Below, piece after piece: positions 1-13,537 of a stretch of 64,000 bases of DNA. The position numbers were made by a program, and so were the translations under genes. Source of the DNA: Octopus sinensis. Taxonomy: Eukaryota. The DNA lies in the NCBI RefSeq assembly GCF_006345805.1, contig NC_042997.1, forward strand, positions 90,582,001 through 90,646,000, read 5' to 3'. The stretch's first letter is position 1. Each line of letters opens with the position of its first letter. The notes below the pieces were generated by a model. The model saw only the letters and a program-made list of their open reading frames with translations, ran no database searches and was not told where the DNA came from.

Positions 1-810
1 CCACGAATATCTCCAACGCTAGAAACGCCATCAATATTACAAACAACAAACGAAAACACAACTCAATCCGCTCCAACTACAAGAATCCTATCTCGAAACC
101 GAACAAACACAAACCAACATCAACAACACAGCCATATATACAAACAAGGACTTAATGAAACATATACAGTGATACACAAATATTACTCACAATGACTATA
201 TCACACACCCCACGTAACAACCCGAGCTCGTATAAAAGTTATAAGAATAATGCAAGAAACTTATAACAAACTGTAAACAAAATATACCAAGGGAATGGGC
301 GATTCCTGGGGGAATATAGATAAAATACTCAATAAAGAAATGCTTGAGGTAACAACCACAAACAGCCGAAAGGACATGAAACCTGTCCATTCACAGAAAT
401 AAGTTCCTTCAAGGCGGCGAGCTGGCAGAATCGTTAGCACGCCGGGCGAAATGCTTAGCGGTATTTCGTCTGCCGCTACGTTCTGAGTTCAAATTCCGCC
501 GAGGTCGACTTTGCCTTTCATCCTTTCGGGGTCGATTAAATAAGTACCAGTTACGCACTGGAGTCGATATAATCGACTTAATCCGTTTGTCTGTCCTTGT
601 TTGTCCTCTCTGTGTTTGGCCCCTTGTGGGTAGTAAAGAAACAAGAAATAAGTTCCTTCTCACTTTGTCCCCTCTTGTGTCGTACTCAGAATAGGATGTG
701 TGAATACACATAGCCTGGGGTGGACTTGGACTCATGGCACCTGCTCAACGACCGCAGGTCATTAGATGAGCACGAATGCTTGTGCTTCGGAAATTCTGGT
801 CTTAGATGTA
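1..810 (+). mobile_element. Decayed L1/Tx1-clade LINE fragment (end of ORF1 / start of endonuclease), interrupted by a SINE
   Basis: Bases ~690-790 read IGCVNTHSLG then (frameshift) HLLNDRRSL, resembling the APE endonuclease N-terminus also seen at ~7100-7190 (-). Bases 1-400 resemble the ORF1-like part at 7290-7560. Confidence 0.55.
411..643 (+). mobile_element. Full-length tRNA-derived SINE (family A, Meta-domain-like core) with 16-bp TSD
   Basis: Head ggcggcgagctggcagaatcgttagc...gagttcaaattcc; core gactttgcctttcatcctttcggggtcgattaaataagtaccag; agaaataagttccttc duplicated at 395-410 and 644-659. Confidence 0.9.
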
Positions 811-1073
811 GCAGTCCTTGTTTGTTGTCCTTGTTGTTGTTGGAAGAGAAGAAGGAGGGAAGGAGGGGGAGGAGGACGACGACGTTGTTGACGGTGATGC
901 TAACGTTCATTGTTTTCCGTTATTGTTGTAGCTATAACTCTACTTACGGTTTATAAATTCTTTTTTTACGATTTGGTTCTTTTTCTTTTTTTCTTTTTTG
1001 TGTGCGTGTGTGATTGCTAGTGTTGTTAATGTCGTCACTGTCGTCTTTGCTTTTTTTGTTCTTGTTCTTATTG

Positions 1074-1510
1074 AGGGCGACGATCTGGCAGAATCGTTAG
1101 CACGCCGGGCAAAATGCTTACCGACATTTCGTCCGTCTTTACGATCTCAGTTGAAATTCCGCCGCGGCTGACATTGCCTTTCATCTTTTCAGGATCGATA
1201 AATTAAGTACCATTTACGCACTGGGGTCGATGTAATCGACTTAATCCCTTTGTCTGTCCTTGTTTGTCCCCTCTGTGTTTAGCCCCTTGTGGGCAATAAA
1301 GAAATAAGTATCGTTAGCACGCCGGGCAAATTGCTTACCGACATTTCGTCCGTCTTTATGTTCTCAGTTCAAATTCCGCCGCGGCTGACATTGCCTTTCA
1401 TCTTTTCAGGGTCGATAAAATAAATACCAGCTACGCACTGGGGTTGATGAAATCAACTACCCCCACCCTCCGCTAAAATTTCAGGCCTTGTGCCTATCGT
1501 AGAAAGGATT
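1074..1510 (+). mobile_element. Two tandem family-A SINE copies (second 5'-truncated)
   Basis: Same head and core as 411-643; the second copy restarts at cgttagcacgccggg (~1311). Confidence 0.85.
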
Positions 1511-1519
1511 ATTTTTGTT

Positions 1520-1950
1520 GTTTTTGTTGTTGTTATAATTATACTTGTTGTTGTTATTGATAATGTTGTTGTTGTTATTATTCTTGTTCTTGTTATTTTC
1601 CGTTGCCTCTGCTGCTGCTGACGGTGTGTTGTTATTCTTGTTTGTTGCTGCTGCTACTGCTACTGCTGCCGTTGCAATTGCTGCTGCTGCTGCTGCTGTA
1701 GTTGTTGTTGCTATCGTTTATGTATCTGTTGTGGTTGTTGTTGTTTGCCGTTGCCTCCGCTGCTGATGTTGTGTTGTTATTTTAGTTTGTTGTTGCTGCT
1801 GCCGCCGCTGTTGTTTACCACTGCTGTTGTTGTTAGCGTTACTATTACTACTGTTGTTGCTGCTGTTGTTGTTGTTGTTGTTGTTATTGTTGTTGTTACT
1901 GTTTATATATTTTTGTTGTTGTTGTTATCGTTATTATTGTTGTTGTTCTC
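1520..1950. repeat. Compound (GTT)n/(GCT)n trinucleotide microsatellite
   Basis: Directly visible; explains the poly-L/V/A ORFs. Confidence 0.95.
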
Positions 1951-2339
1951 CTTCAGTTAGACCTTGATTTTCTGGCTGCTAATTAAGTTTTCACTCACCT
2001 TCTACAATCATTGAATTACAGTGTCGGCAGGTGTCGCTAGCGTCAAGTCAGCCTGCTGCTAATAGGATTGCAGTTGCATAATTAACTGTGTTGCTTCCTT
2101 ATATATCACCATCGTATATCACTGATTCACTGACCTAGCATCTTACACCACTACCACCTACACCACCACCACCACCACCACCACCACCACACTCGTACAC
2201 TCACCCGTACACTCACTTCATCTATGTACACATCCACCTCTCACGAAAACTTTCGTTTTCTTTTCCATTCTTACTTTTCGGCTTCTTCGTTAGGTGTATG
2301 AGTGGGGTGAGTTAGTAGTGCGTGTCTCTGAGTATGGGC

Positions 2340-2443
2340 GTGTGGGTGCATGCATATGTAATATGTACATATACATACATAAATATATCTGTATATATAT
2401 ATATATATACATACATATATATGTGTGTGTGTGTGTGTAAGTG

Positions 2444-2476
<33 letters not shown>

Positions 2477-2554
2477 AAGTGTATGTATATATATATATAT
2501 ATAATATATATGTATATGTATAAATACATATATATATATATATATATGAATATG

Positions 2555-2633
<79 letters not shown>

Positions 2634-2746
2634 TATGTATGTATATATATATATATATATATACATCATATAATTCTCTACCTTAATTCTTATATCTATC
2701 CATGTTTCTATATCAAGATCACCGATTCTCTTCTGTCTCTCTCTCC

Positions 2747-2805
<59 letters not shown>

Positions 2806-3205
2806 CCCCAAATATCCATTCCTACACTTCTCATTCTTTTGCACATTTCCTTTCTTTGACCGCCATCCTCACCTTTATGCATCCCTGTTTTCAACCTTAC
2901 TATTTTTATCCCCGTCTCTAGTTTTACCAATCTCTTTCCCTTCTTCTCTTCTTCCAATCCTTTCCTCTCCTTCTCCCTTACTTCTTGCTTCCTTTCTCCC
3001 TCCCCCTTCCCTCCCTCTCTTTTATTTTCGTTTCGCTATCTCCTATACTAATTTATATTTACTTTATCCATTGACACCTCCCCTAATCCACTTTCGCTCA
3101 GTCAGATTCTCTTAAGATTCTTCCCCTAACCTTTCTCCAACTACCCCCTCTGTTTCAATCTCCCTTCCAAACTCTCCTCACTTTCTCTCTCTCTCTCCAT
3201 TTCTC

Positions 3206-3254
<49 letters not shown>

Positions 3255-3732
3255 CCTTTCTTATCCCCTCCTCGTTCCCATAACAAACTCCCTCTTTCTA
3301 GCAGTCTTATCGAAAGCCCTCACCACCACCAGCAACCGACCTCTATGCTACATTCCATGTACAACTCCCCAAACTTTAATTCACACATGACTAAATCAAA
3401 TTTCGCCCGATCTCTATCGATACACTTATAATCACACATATGCACGCACACACATACACACACACACATCTGCGCGCACGTACACAACATTACATGTACA
3501 AACATAGAAACACTATATATATATATGTGTGTATGTATATATAAATATGTATATGACTATATATATGTATGTATAAATATGCGTGTGTGTATATACATGC
3601 ACACGCATTTATATATATATATGTGTATGAGTGTGTATATATTCTTATGTGTGAATGTATGTACGAGTATGAGTGCATATATAGATGTGTATATTTATGC
3701 ATATACACACAGACACACACATCTATACATAC

Positions 3733-3765
<33 letters not shown>

Positions 3766-3845
3766 TATATATATATATGGATATAAGGGTATATATATAT
3801 ATATATATATATACGTATGTGCCTATGTATAAATGTGTATGTATG

Positions 3846-3897
<52 letters not shown>

Positions 3898-3971
3898 CAT
3901 ATCTGCATACATATCTAAACATATATATGTTTGAAAGTATGTGTGTATGTATGTATATATATATATATAAT

Positions 3972-4005
<34 letters not shown>

Positions 4006-4190
4006 CATATATATACACAGACATACACACACACACACCTACTCAAACATTCATGCACGAATCATTTTAGCAATGAATCTTTGGAAACACACGAAGAAGC
4101 ATATGAAACTACTTGTAAGTATAAACACGCATTTACTTTCAGATATTAAACTACACATGCAACGTCTTTGACAAACACACACACAAACTA

Positions 4191-4248
<58 letters not shown>

Positions 4249-4250
4249 TT
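2340..4250. repeat. Dense (TA)n/(TG)n/(CT)n microsatellite block with a pyrimidine-rich tract
   Basis: Directly visible. Confidence 0.9.
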
Positions 4251-4838
4251 TCTAATTTCGGCACAAGACCAGTAAGTTTGAGAATAGATTACATCGACCT
4301 CAGTACTTTACTGGTACTTTTTTTATTGACCCCGTAAAAACGAAAAGAAAAGTTGACCTCGACGAAATTTGAACTCAGAACGTAAAAAGACAGAAGATTG
4401 AAAGCGCTGAAGATAGACACCTTCTTCTGTGGTCAAGCTTTCATCCACCCTTTCGAATTTCATTTGAAGAAGAAAGTGATGGTAGAGAGAGAAATGCTGC
4501 TTCCCTGAAAATTTGTTGAGAGATGGATGATAGTGGTGAGTATAGTCCGAGTGAACAGGTTTACTAGAAGTATGAGCTTGTGGACTGAAGGAAGACAAAA
4601 GGGAGTAAACAGTTGCTTTAATGGTCAGAGTGACCGTGTTTATATGGGATTTCCACGGATAACCTTCGGAACTTTTCCGCGTTTGAAGAACTATTCATTG
4701 TTGAAACTTATTTTCACTTATTCTATTTTTCTACTCGCCCCTTCATGTAACCCCACCTTGTATTGATTGATCTGTACCGTCCACATTCTTACTGATTCAT
4801 AAAGAACCATTATTATTATTATATTATTATTATTATTA

Positions 4839-4878
<40 letters not shown>

Positions 4879-4889
4879 GGGTTGTGAAC

Positions 4890-5095
4890 TGGGAGAATCG
4901 TTAGCACGCCGGGCAAAATGCATAGCAGCATTTCGTCCGTCTTAATGTTCTAAGTTCAAATTCCGCCGAGGTCGACAGTGTCTTTCATACTTTCGGAGTC
5001 GATAAAATAAATACCAGTTGAGCACTGGGGTTGATGTAATCGACTTACGCCTTCTTCTGAAATTGCTGACCTTGTGCCAAAATTTGAAACTATCA
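4890..5095 (+). mobile_element. Family-A SINE followed by a (CAT)n tract
   Basis: Similarity to 411-643. Confidence 0.8.
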
Positions 5096-5103
5096 TCATC
5101 TTC

Positions 5104-5171
<68 letters not shown>

Positions 5172-5269
5172 TATCATCATCATCATCATCATTATCACCA
5201 ATCATTAGCGACGCAAGCCTTCTCCTCCATTTAGTGGGTGTTGACATCAAATAGAGCACCTAGCAAGTG

Positions 5270-7700
5270 GTGCATGCAACCTCCACAGAAAGCAGAAGAT
5301 AAGGCGCTCCAGTCCGGTCAGAAGTCTTTTTCTGGCTTACATTTGCTCCTGTCATGGTCTCGTACTTCCTTCAAGTCGTGTGGATCACCTCGATGTGTTT
5401 AGTACCCGACACTATCACGGGCTTGTGCGTATATACCGACACGTTTCCTCTGAATCCTACTTTGCGTGGGATATAGCTCAACGTCTCTATTTTTCACAGT
5501 AGCTGATCCACAATCAATACATACAGATAAGACGAGATTGGATAACATTGACGGACCGAGCACATGAAACTCAAAGGCTCTTATTGGTACTTATTCATCC
5601 TAACCATTGTGCAGATTGTGTTATACATTGCAGCGAACCGTCCACGAAAGACATGAACAAAGTCAACAACCAAGTATCGGTAGTCAACACTATCGAATAC
5701 CTTTGATCTTACTTGAAGATGGTCCTATGCTAGCTTCTTTACTCATCCTCTCTATGATGTATCGCATGAAATGGAGGCTGTCGTGAAAAGATCTATTTGG
5801 GATGGCGCAAAAATGTGCTATCCTTTTCGTTAATACATTGGACAAAAGTTTTAAATCTGCTTTTAATAGACTCGTGGACCGAATATTGTCATTGTAAACT
5901 TTCCTGTTTGGTTCCTTTCTCAGCAATTCCGCTCCTCCTCGACTCGCAAAACTGAGGATACTATTGTTTTGTTGCCAGTTGCAGTAAACGTTTACTAAAA
6001 GGTCTCCAAACAAGTCTGGCATGTAAAAGTAAAGCTGATAGAGTAGATCGTCCAAACCATGCGATTTGCTCACCGTGTAGCCATCCATTGCTTTCGTATT
6101 TCCGCAGCTGTTATGAGCATTCCATAACATAGCGCTTCTCTCACCACGAGACGTGGCATTAAAGTCCATTTTAAGATCCGGCCCGCCACCCGACTCGATC
6201 GAAGTGCAGCTGAAAAACCATTTACATCTCTGTTCCAAGTAACAAACACACTTCAAGGTCTATCAAAGACCGAACGGTAGCTTTGTTGCCACATTGCACC
6301 TCTGCCACTCGGGTGCAGTAGACGTCTTTCGCTCTTTCGTTTCTTAGAGCACACGTCTTATCTGTAACAACTCATCTTGAAGTTGAAGAATTGGTCAAAA
6401 ACCAATTTCACCGCAAACACATCGACTACGATGCCTTTCCTAAGTTCTCCTATTATGTTTCAGACTAGGTCTTCCTCTAGTCTATTTTCTCTCGTTATTT
6501 CCTTACTAAATTTTATTAGTTCTACTTTAATCCCAATTATCCAAGCGTAACACAATTTGTTTTTAACTATTGCCCCCGTCAACGATTGCTTAACTATTTT
6601 GCTAAACCGGTTCCTGTAAGCTTGGTGCGCTGGAAGCGACAGGTACAGCTTCCAGTAACAGAGTTCCTGCCTACATACCCTATCTGGGTCGACAGTACAA
6701 ATCACAAATTTGTGGCCTGTGTAACGGACAATTTTGAATTGTGGACAACCTACGTTATGCCTATCTACTGGTCTGTAGAATACTCTATCTAAATACGACC
6801 TGATTTACTCGGTGCGGTTAGTCCATATCTACATTGACACATTCGGGAAATGTAGTCATTACCTGTCAGATAATTGGAAACATCTAAGTAGATTTGTGAG
6901 GCTTTTGTATCATCCGTTTTCTATCAGGTGCATCCAAGAAACTATTCTAATCTCCCTCGGGCACTAAGACGCAGGATGTTCCCAGGAAACACTCCAGACG
7001 CCCAAAGAAATCTAGTTTCTTGGCCCCAGTTGTGAGCGGGGTAACTCACAAATCAGAAACTCTAGTCTCAATGATGGCTACTTAATGTGTCTAATGATCT
7101 GAGGACGTTGTGTAGGTAACTGCTTCCAAGACGACCCCAGGCCACGTGCATTTATTCTGTCCATTCTGAGTGAGGCTTTGTTTTAGAGACAGAAGCTGGA
7201 AGAAGCTACATACATTAATTATGTGGGGGCGATAGTACAGATGTTCCATTCCTCTAGTTAAATCTGGATCTTCCCACAAGTAGTTTCTTATAAAGTCTTT
7301 TGTTGATATTCCCTCCGAAATGTCCTACTCCATCGGGGTATTTGTTTTATTTTTGTTTTGTTTTTTAGGCGTTGTATATGTATTGTGTTGTTTGAATGAC
7401 TTTTTATGTGCTCTGGTGTTTTCTTTATTGGTGCTCTGAAATCACTCTGAGGGATGTCTGTGTAATCATGTATGCCTTCCATTAATCCTTTGTTGTTTAT
7501 GGTCATAGCAGTGAAATTTAAAACGTTTATTTGCTGTTCTTTATGGTTTGCGAACATGACAGTACTTCTTGGTTTGTTTGTACTGTTGGGTATGTCTGGT
7601 GATTGTGGTTGTGATGGTGGTGTTGGTAATAGTGATGATGGTGTTGGAAGTATTTACGTTGTTACTGGAATTTTGATATTGTCTGTCAATGTTGGTCTAT
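5270..7700 (-). mobile_element. Decayed L1/Tx1-clade LINE (ORF1 remnant, endonuclease, reverse transcriptase)
   Basis: ORF 5690-6256 has SHGLDDLLYQLY..MPDLFGDLL, NIRSTSLLKADLKLLSNVLTKR and CAIPNRSFHDSLHFMRY (RT domains 0-3). ORF 6460-6705 has CYWKL..FSKIVK; ~7150 reads INARGLGSSWKQ. Many stops and frameshifts. Confidence 0.85.
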
Positions 7701-8196
7701 TCTAGTTCTGTCCGTTTAAACTATCAAATAATAGCATTGATCAAATTTAGAAATACGCATTGATCAAATTTAGATCACCTGCAAAAAAAAAAAAAACAGA
7801 ACTTTGCATGAATAGATATCTATAAGGTTTGGGAGATAAGATGAGGAAACATATTGGAAGTGAATGAAGGAGATATACATACAATACCTAGGGAAATAAT
7901 TTGAAGTTGTGTCTATTTAAAATAGCAGTTATATTTTAAATGATTCACCCGGATACTCTGTGTCGAAATATTTCACCCACATCTACAGTCACCATATCTT
8001 CTCATACTATCGCTCTTATTATTTTTTTTTTATTATTTCTATATAAGTAAATTGAAAATATCTCTTTCAGTACTAGTTTTTAATAATTTGAGATGAAACT
8101 GAGGTCAGTCAATATTCCAGAATTCGTTTAGCTTTATTATTTGACATTACTGTCTTCTCTACTCCCTCTCACTTCCTCTCTCTCTCTTTTACATAT

Positions 8197-8227
<31 letters not shown>

Positions 8228-8246
8228 CAGCACCAGCAGCAGCAGC

Positions 8247-8303
<57 letters not shown>

Positions 8304-8685
8304 GGTGGTGGTGGTGGTGGTGGTGGTGGTGGTTAGTTATACGGCTAAGATATTTGCAAATTAAAGAATGGAGTCCTCGAGTTTGGATGCAGGTAAGTTA
8401 TTTTTATTTCAAAAGCTACTTATGACTTGCAAGATTCCCAGATCATCAGAGTACAGGATGTAACCAATTGCATACATATTGATGTATAGACATCTACAAA
8501 TATATGTGTGTGCATGTATAGATGATGCATTATACTTATGTGTATTATATATATATACATGTACATATGTATTTTATATATGTATGTATATTTTATATAT
8601 TCATATCATATGTGCGTGTGCTCGCGTGTGTGTATTTGAATGTATTTTATATATGTATGTATATCCTATATATTTGTATTACTCT

Positions 8686-9075
8686 TTTACTCTTTCACTT
8701 GTTTCAGTCATTTGACTGTGGCCATGCTGGAGCACCGCCTTTAGTTGAGCAAATCTACCCCAGGACTTATTCTTTGTAAGCCTAGTACTTATTCTATCGG
8801 TTTCTTTTTGCCGAACCGCTAAGTTACGGGGACGTAAATACACCAGCATCGGTTGTCAAGCGATGTTGCGGGGGACAAACACAGATACACACACACACAT
8901 ACATAAACATATATATACATATATACGACGGGCTTCTTTCAGTTTCCGTCTACCAAATCCACTCACAAGGCTTTGGTCGGCCCGAGGCTATAGTAGAAGA
9001 CACTTACGCAAGGTGCCACGCAGTGGGACTGAACCCGGGATCAGGTGGTTCACATCCACATCCACACATCCACTC
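8686..9075 (-). mobile_element. CORE-type tRNA-derived SINE (family B)
   Basis: The reverse complement gives ttcagtcccactgcgtggcaccttgcgtaagtgtcttc and the tail cagtcaaatgactgaaacaagtgaaagagtaa; many other copies in the window. Confidence 0.9.
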
Positions 9076-9163
9076 CTACGCCTATGTATTATATATATAC
9101 ATGAAATATATATGTAGTATGTGTATATACATATGTGTAATGTGTACTATTATGCCTATATAT

Positions 9164-9221
<58 letters not shown>

Positions 9222-9227
9222 TAAGAA

Positions 9228-9544
9228 AGTTTGTTTGGTAAAGCACGTGGGTGAATATATAAGAAAATAGTAAAGTGTGAAAAAACGACAGAAGGCTTAA
9301 ATGTTAAAAATATATATATTTGTGTCAAAATGTCTGGAGAATATTGGAAAAATTTTTTTCCTTTCCTTAAAATGACATAATTTTAAAATTTATAAGAAAT
9401 TACCGGTTTCGCGTGTAGCTTTTCAAATTTCTTGTGACGTTATGTTTATATTGCATGGAATTATCGTTGTTTTTATTTCCAGGAGATTTCTAAATAAGGG
9501 GAGGTAGTGAGTGATTTTTCCGGTGTAGGGGAGATAATCGCTTA

Positions 9545-9579
<35 letters not shown>

Positions 9580-10604
9580 CCCATTTCCTTGTTAATTTCT
9601 CTGTGTCAGTATGTTCGGATGGTTGAGTCTGGGTTTGTACTTTTCAATGAAGAATGTTTCCTTGTTCAGTCTCATTTGTGTTGATGATCCGAAAGCACAT
9701 TGGTAAAATGGGAAGATTAAAAATTGTGGCAGTAGTTGCTTTGCGCATTTCTCAATGTGCTCACTAAAAGGTATCATTCTATATTCTGGGAATGCAATCT
9801 GTTGTCGATGCAGTGTGCATCTGCGCCTGAGTGATAGTCCCGTGGAACCCACGTAGTCTTGGTGGCAGCCCGAGCATTTAATAACATAAATTATGTTTTC
9901 AGAGGCACAAGTAAAGTTAGATTTGATCTTAAATTTCTGTCCCTCTTTAAAGAAGAATTCTGATCCTTCCAATAGGTTAGGACATGTTGCACAGTTCGAT
10001 CTACCACATTTTTTTACTTTTGCATCCGTAATTTTAGAAGACAATTTTGCCTTTGTGAGAATCTTTTTAAGTGATTTAGGCTGTTTGTAGCTTTTAATGA
10101 TTTGGTGTATGTTTAGAATTTCCTTTAATTTTGGGTTTTTATGAAGTATTGGTAAATTCTGGGTGATGATGGTGAAGGCTTCTTTGTTTCTGGGGTTGTA
10201 TGTAGATATGTAAGGTAGTATTTTCGGGGAAGGTGTGTTGTGTTGAACTTTTCTTAAAGTTTCTATGTTGATTTCTGTTGCACGTCTGATCCCATCCTCT
10301 ATGAGTTGAGCTGGGTAATGTCTGTCAATTAGGGTGTTTTTGAGTTCTTGCAGTCTAAAGTTCCTGGTATTTTGTTCTGACACTATTGTGCATATCCTTC
10401 TTGCAAGGTTGAAGGGGATGTTTGTTTTAGTGTGTCTTGGGTGGCATGAATTAAAAAGAAGGTATTGTTTGGCGTCTGTGGCTTTGTAAAAAATGTCTGT
10501 TTCTATTTTAAGGTTTTTTCCAATATTCTCCAGACATTTTGACACAAATATATATATTTTTTAACATTTAAGCCTTCTGTCGTTTTTTCACACTTTACTA
10601 TTTT

Positions 10605-10610
<6 letters not shown>
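9228..10610 (-). mobile_element. 5'-truncated Penelope-like retroelement with inverted terminal segment and HHR-bearing 3' region
   Basis: RT-thumb plus GIY-YIG ORF; ~97-bp inverted repeat at 9256-9352 vs 10514-10610; A-run after the ORF; HHR-like motif at 9396-9431 (-). Confidence 0.92.
9592..10545 (-). CDS. Penelope-like RT C-terminus plus GIY-YIG endonuclease (truncated, open frame)
   Basis: TDIFYKATDAKQYLLFNSCHPRHTK; CGRSNCATC; NIIYVIKCSGCHQDYVGST..RRRCTLH; RLNKETFFIEKYKPRLN. Confidence 0.9.
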   Translation of the reverse strand: MSKCLENIGKNLKIETDIFYKATDAKQYLLFNSCHPRHTKTNIPFNLARRICTIVSEQNTRNFRLQELKNTLIDRHYPAQLIEDGIRRATEINIETLRKVQHNTPSPKILPYISTYNPRNKEAFTIITQNLPILHKNPKLKEILNIHQIIKSYKQPKSLKKILTKAKLSSKITDAKVKKCGRSNCATCPNLLEGSEFFFKEGQKFKIKSNFTCASENIIYVIKCSGCHQDYVGSTGLSLRRRCTLHRQQIAFPEYRMIPFSEHIEKCAKQLLPQFLIFPFYQCAFGSSTQMRLNKETFFIEKYKPRLNHPNILTQRN

Positions 10611-10654
<44 letters not shown>

Positions 10655-11289
10655 CATATATATATACATACATATATACATATGTGTAATGTGTACGTAT
10701 TATGTGTATATATATATATATATATATATGCATACATGCACACACACATACATATATATTAAAAACAAAAGGAGAAAATGCTTTGACAACTTTATCTTGA
10801 ATGAAAGGAGTAAAATACATACACTTTTATCAGAATATGCTACAAGTCACAATTGTTTAAGACTACTTAGTCTTCCAATAAGAAAAGAGAAAATAAATTG
10901 AATTAAATTATTGTTTTATGATAGCAGTTTTGAAAGTTCACATGTTTTCTTACAAAATTCACATGGTAAAGGTCGTTAGTCTTCTTTTAATGATTGGTGG
11001 GTTATAATAGTATTAGTATCAGTGACAGCAGTCGATTGTTCTTTCTGACAATATTGATAATAAGTAGTGGTTCGTAATGATGGGAGAGGTTTATAGTGGT
11101 AGTGGCAGTGATAGTAACAGCAATGGTAGTAATCGCAGACGTAGTTGCTGTATCAGCCTCACAAGTAGACGCAATAATAGCAGCAATGGCAACTTAAGTA
11201 ACAGCTGTAATAGTGGTGGTGAAAATGATTGAAGTCGTAGATGTGGTGAGATTGTTTTTTTTCCCTCTCCCTCAGTAGCATGAATAAGG

Positions 11290-12100
11290 ATAAGAAAGAG
11301 TCTTCAAGTTTTACAGTAATATTCTGGTACAGAGTAATCGTTTGACAACCCAAATTTGCAACGGATGGGGCTGCTTTTGTCCCCATTGTAGCTCCGAATT
11401 TTTGTCAGTAAAAGTAGTCATTAAGCATAAGATAGTTATTCTCTAGAATGAGTTTTAGTCCTTCTATGATTAATTCCTTTTCTATGCGTTATGGTAGTTC
11501 AGCTGCATAACTATCCAACCACAATGAAGTGGTTTCAATTTTAAGTTATGGGGAATATTTTTATAAAGATTCACTACGTCGAAAGATACAATCAGAAATT
11601 TTTCGTGACTGTATTTAAGAGGTAATTCAACTCATATAAATCGTCTATTATAAAACGTCTCGTGTTTGAGAAATGATTTGAGAGGAATGTCTTAAACGTT
11701 ATCCAGACGGCGAGTTTCACACGCTGGACCGGCTATTACTGGTCTGAATTTCAGATTATTTAGCGAGAAAACATTAATGTAGATATCCGTAGTTGCTTTA
11801 CATAATCCACGTGTTTTCATTTTTGTGAAATTTTGGCATACCATTGAAGAACCAAGATTTACATTTAAAATTTGGTAATAGAGTGGTATACTTTGTCGGC
11901 CAATCCTTTTCAGTATTACTTTTTTGATATTCTATTTTTGTTGATTGTAGTTTTGGGCCTTTTATAGCATATGATGTCTTTTAACAAATATAACTCAAGA
12001 TTTTTGAAGTATTCTTTATCCTTCAGAACTACTTCATCTCCTTTATCAGTGTTTTTAACTGTTATTTTTTATACTTTTTAAAACTTCTTTATGTTGGCAT
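11290..12100 (-). mobile_element. Older, heavily decayed Penelope-like RT fragment
   Basis: Minus strand gives FNGMPKFHK, LKFRPVIAGPACETRRL and GATMGTKAAPSVANL (RT motifs), broken by stops and frameshifts. Confidence 0.75.
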
Positions 12101-12349
12101 ATTCACTCTCGCAGAAGTTTGATTTGTGATTTTGTTTGTGCGTACATTCATACGAATAATTTAGAATGTAACCACAGAATCCATCAAACGGTTTGTAAGC
12201 ACTTTTTGGTAGTGAATGCTTACATACACATAAACATACTTTTATCCCAATAGATATTAATGCTCACATATATTGTATTATTCGCATATTTATTATACCT
12301 CTCTTTTTTCATATATAATATTATGTATTATTAACGATTTTTTCGTCAT

Positions 12350-13292
12350 AGACCTAAGATCTTTTAAATTAGTAAAATACACATTTTAAGATTCATCGGT
12401 ATATTTACATTTCAAACAGAATTTGCTTTGTGGTGGTAGGCGAAAAATTCTCTCGAACGCTCCACAGCACACAAAAATAACCCGATTGGTATTGCGATAT
12501 ATGTTGCAACTAAAAATTTATTGACATATCAAAAGTCCTCAATACGATTCAGAATGCGGTTTGTAGAACGAATTATAGAGCTCCATCAATTGCTCAGAAT
12601 TATTAGTATTAAACCAAAAAGATTGCTCAAGGTCTGACCGTTAATATTCTATCAAAGTGAAGTGGTATCAGTTACACGGAGGTAGTTCTACTACAAAATA
12701 TGGTAATACTTAATTACTTTTATGAAATAGTTAGTTATTATTCCATATATAATTAGGACGACAGAAAGTGTTAGCACACCTGGAAAAATGCTTAGCGCTA
12801 TTTCGTTCATCTTTACGTTCTGAATTTAAATTCCACCGAAGTCGGCCCCACCTTTCGAAATAGGAATCGATAAAATAAGTACCAGCTAAGCACTGGAGTC
12901 GATGAAATCGAACTTGTTGGCTTTGTGCCAAAATTTGAGAGTACTATTACATATATTATTACAAAATAATAATTTCTCACAGAATATTAAGTGGTTTAAT
13001 ACTAATAATTCTCAGCAATTGATGGAGCTCTATAATTCGTTTTACAAACCGCATTATGAATCGTATTGAGGACTTTTGCTATGTGTATAGAGTTTTACTT
13101 ACAGTACATATCGCAGTACCAACCGGGTTATTCTTGTGTGAGCGTTCGAGAAAATTCTTGTGGAGCGTTCGAGAAAATTTAACTGAGTTGCAGCTTTTTC
13201 ACTTATCATCTCGAAGCAAATTATGTTTGAAATGTAAATATACCGATGAATCTTAAAATGTGTCTCTTACTAATTTAAAAGATCTTAGGTCT
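12350..13292. mobile_element. Fold-back/MITE-like element with ~270-300-bp inverted arms; family-A SINE (12765-12935, -) in the spacer
   Basis: agacctaagatcttttaaattagtaa at 12350 vs ttactaatttaaaagatcttaggtct ending 13292; inner arms (~12568-12617 vs ~12992-13041) nearly perfect. Confidence 0.8.
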
Positions 13293-13537
13293 CCGAGGTG
13301 GTATCAAATAATAATTTCCTATAGAATATTTAGTGGAAATATGTATGAAATAAATTAACGTATTCTGCTGTCTTCACTGGTATATATTTTATCGATCCTC
13401 TGAGTATTAGAATGTGGGATCATGGAGGGAGAGAGAACGCATGTGTATGTGTTTGAGTAAGCGTAAAGTATATATGTATTGCATGTACTTTTAGTTTTTT
13501 TCTATTGATTCACGTCATTATATTGTGACCATACATG

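Noticed and set aside
2021-2039. Second CTCF-like sites (here and at ~49684)
   Set aside because: Mismatches at core positions; equally explained as CAGGTG E-boxes or chance.
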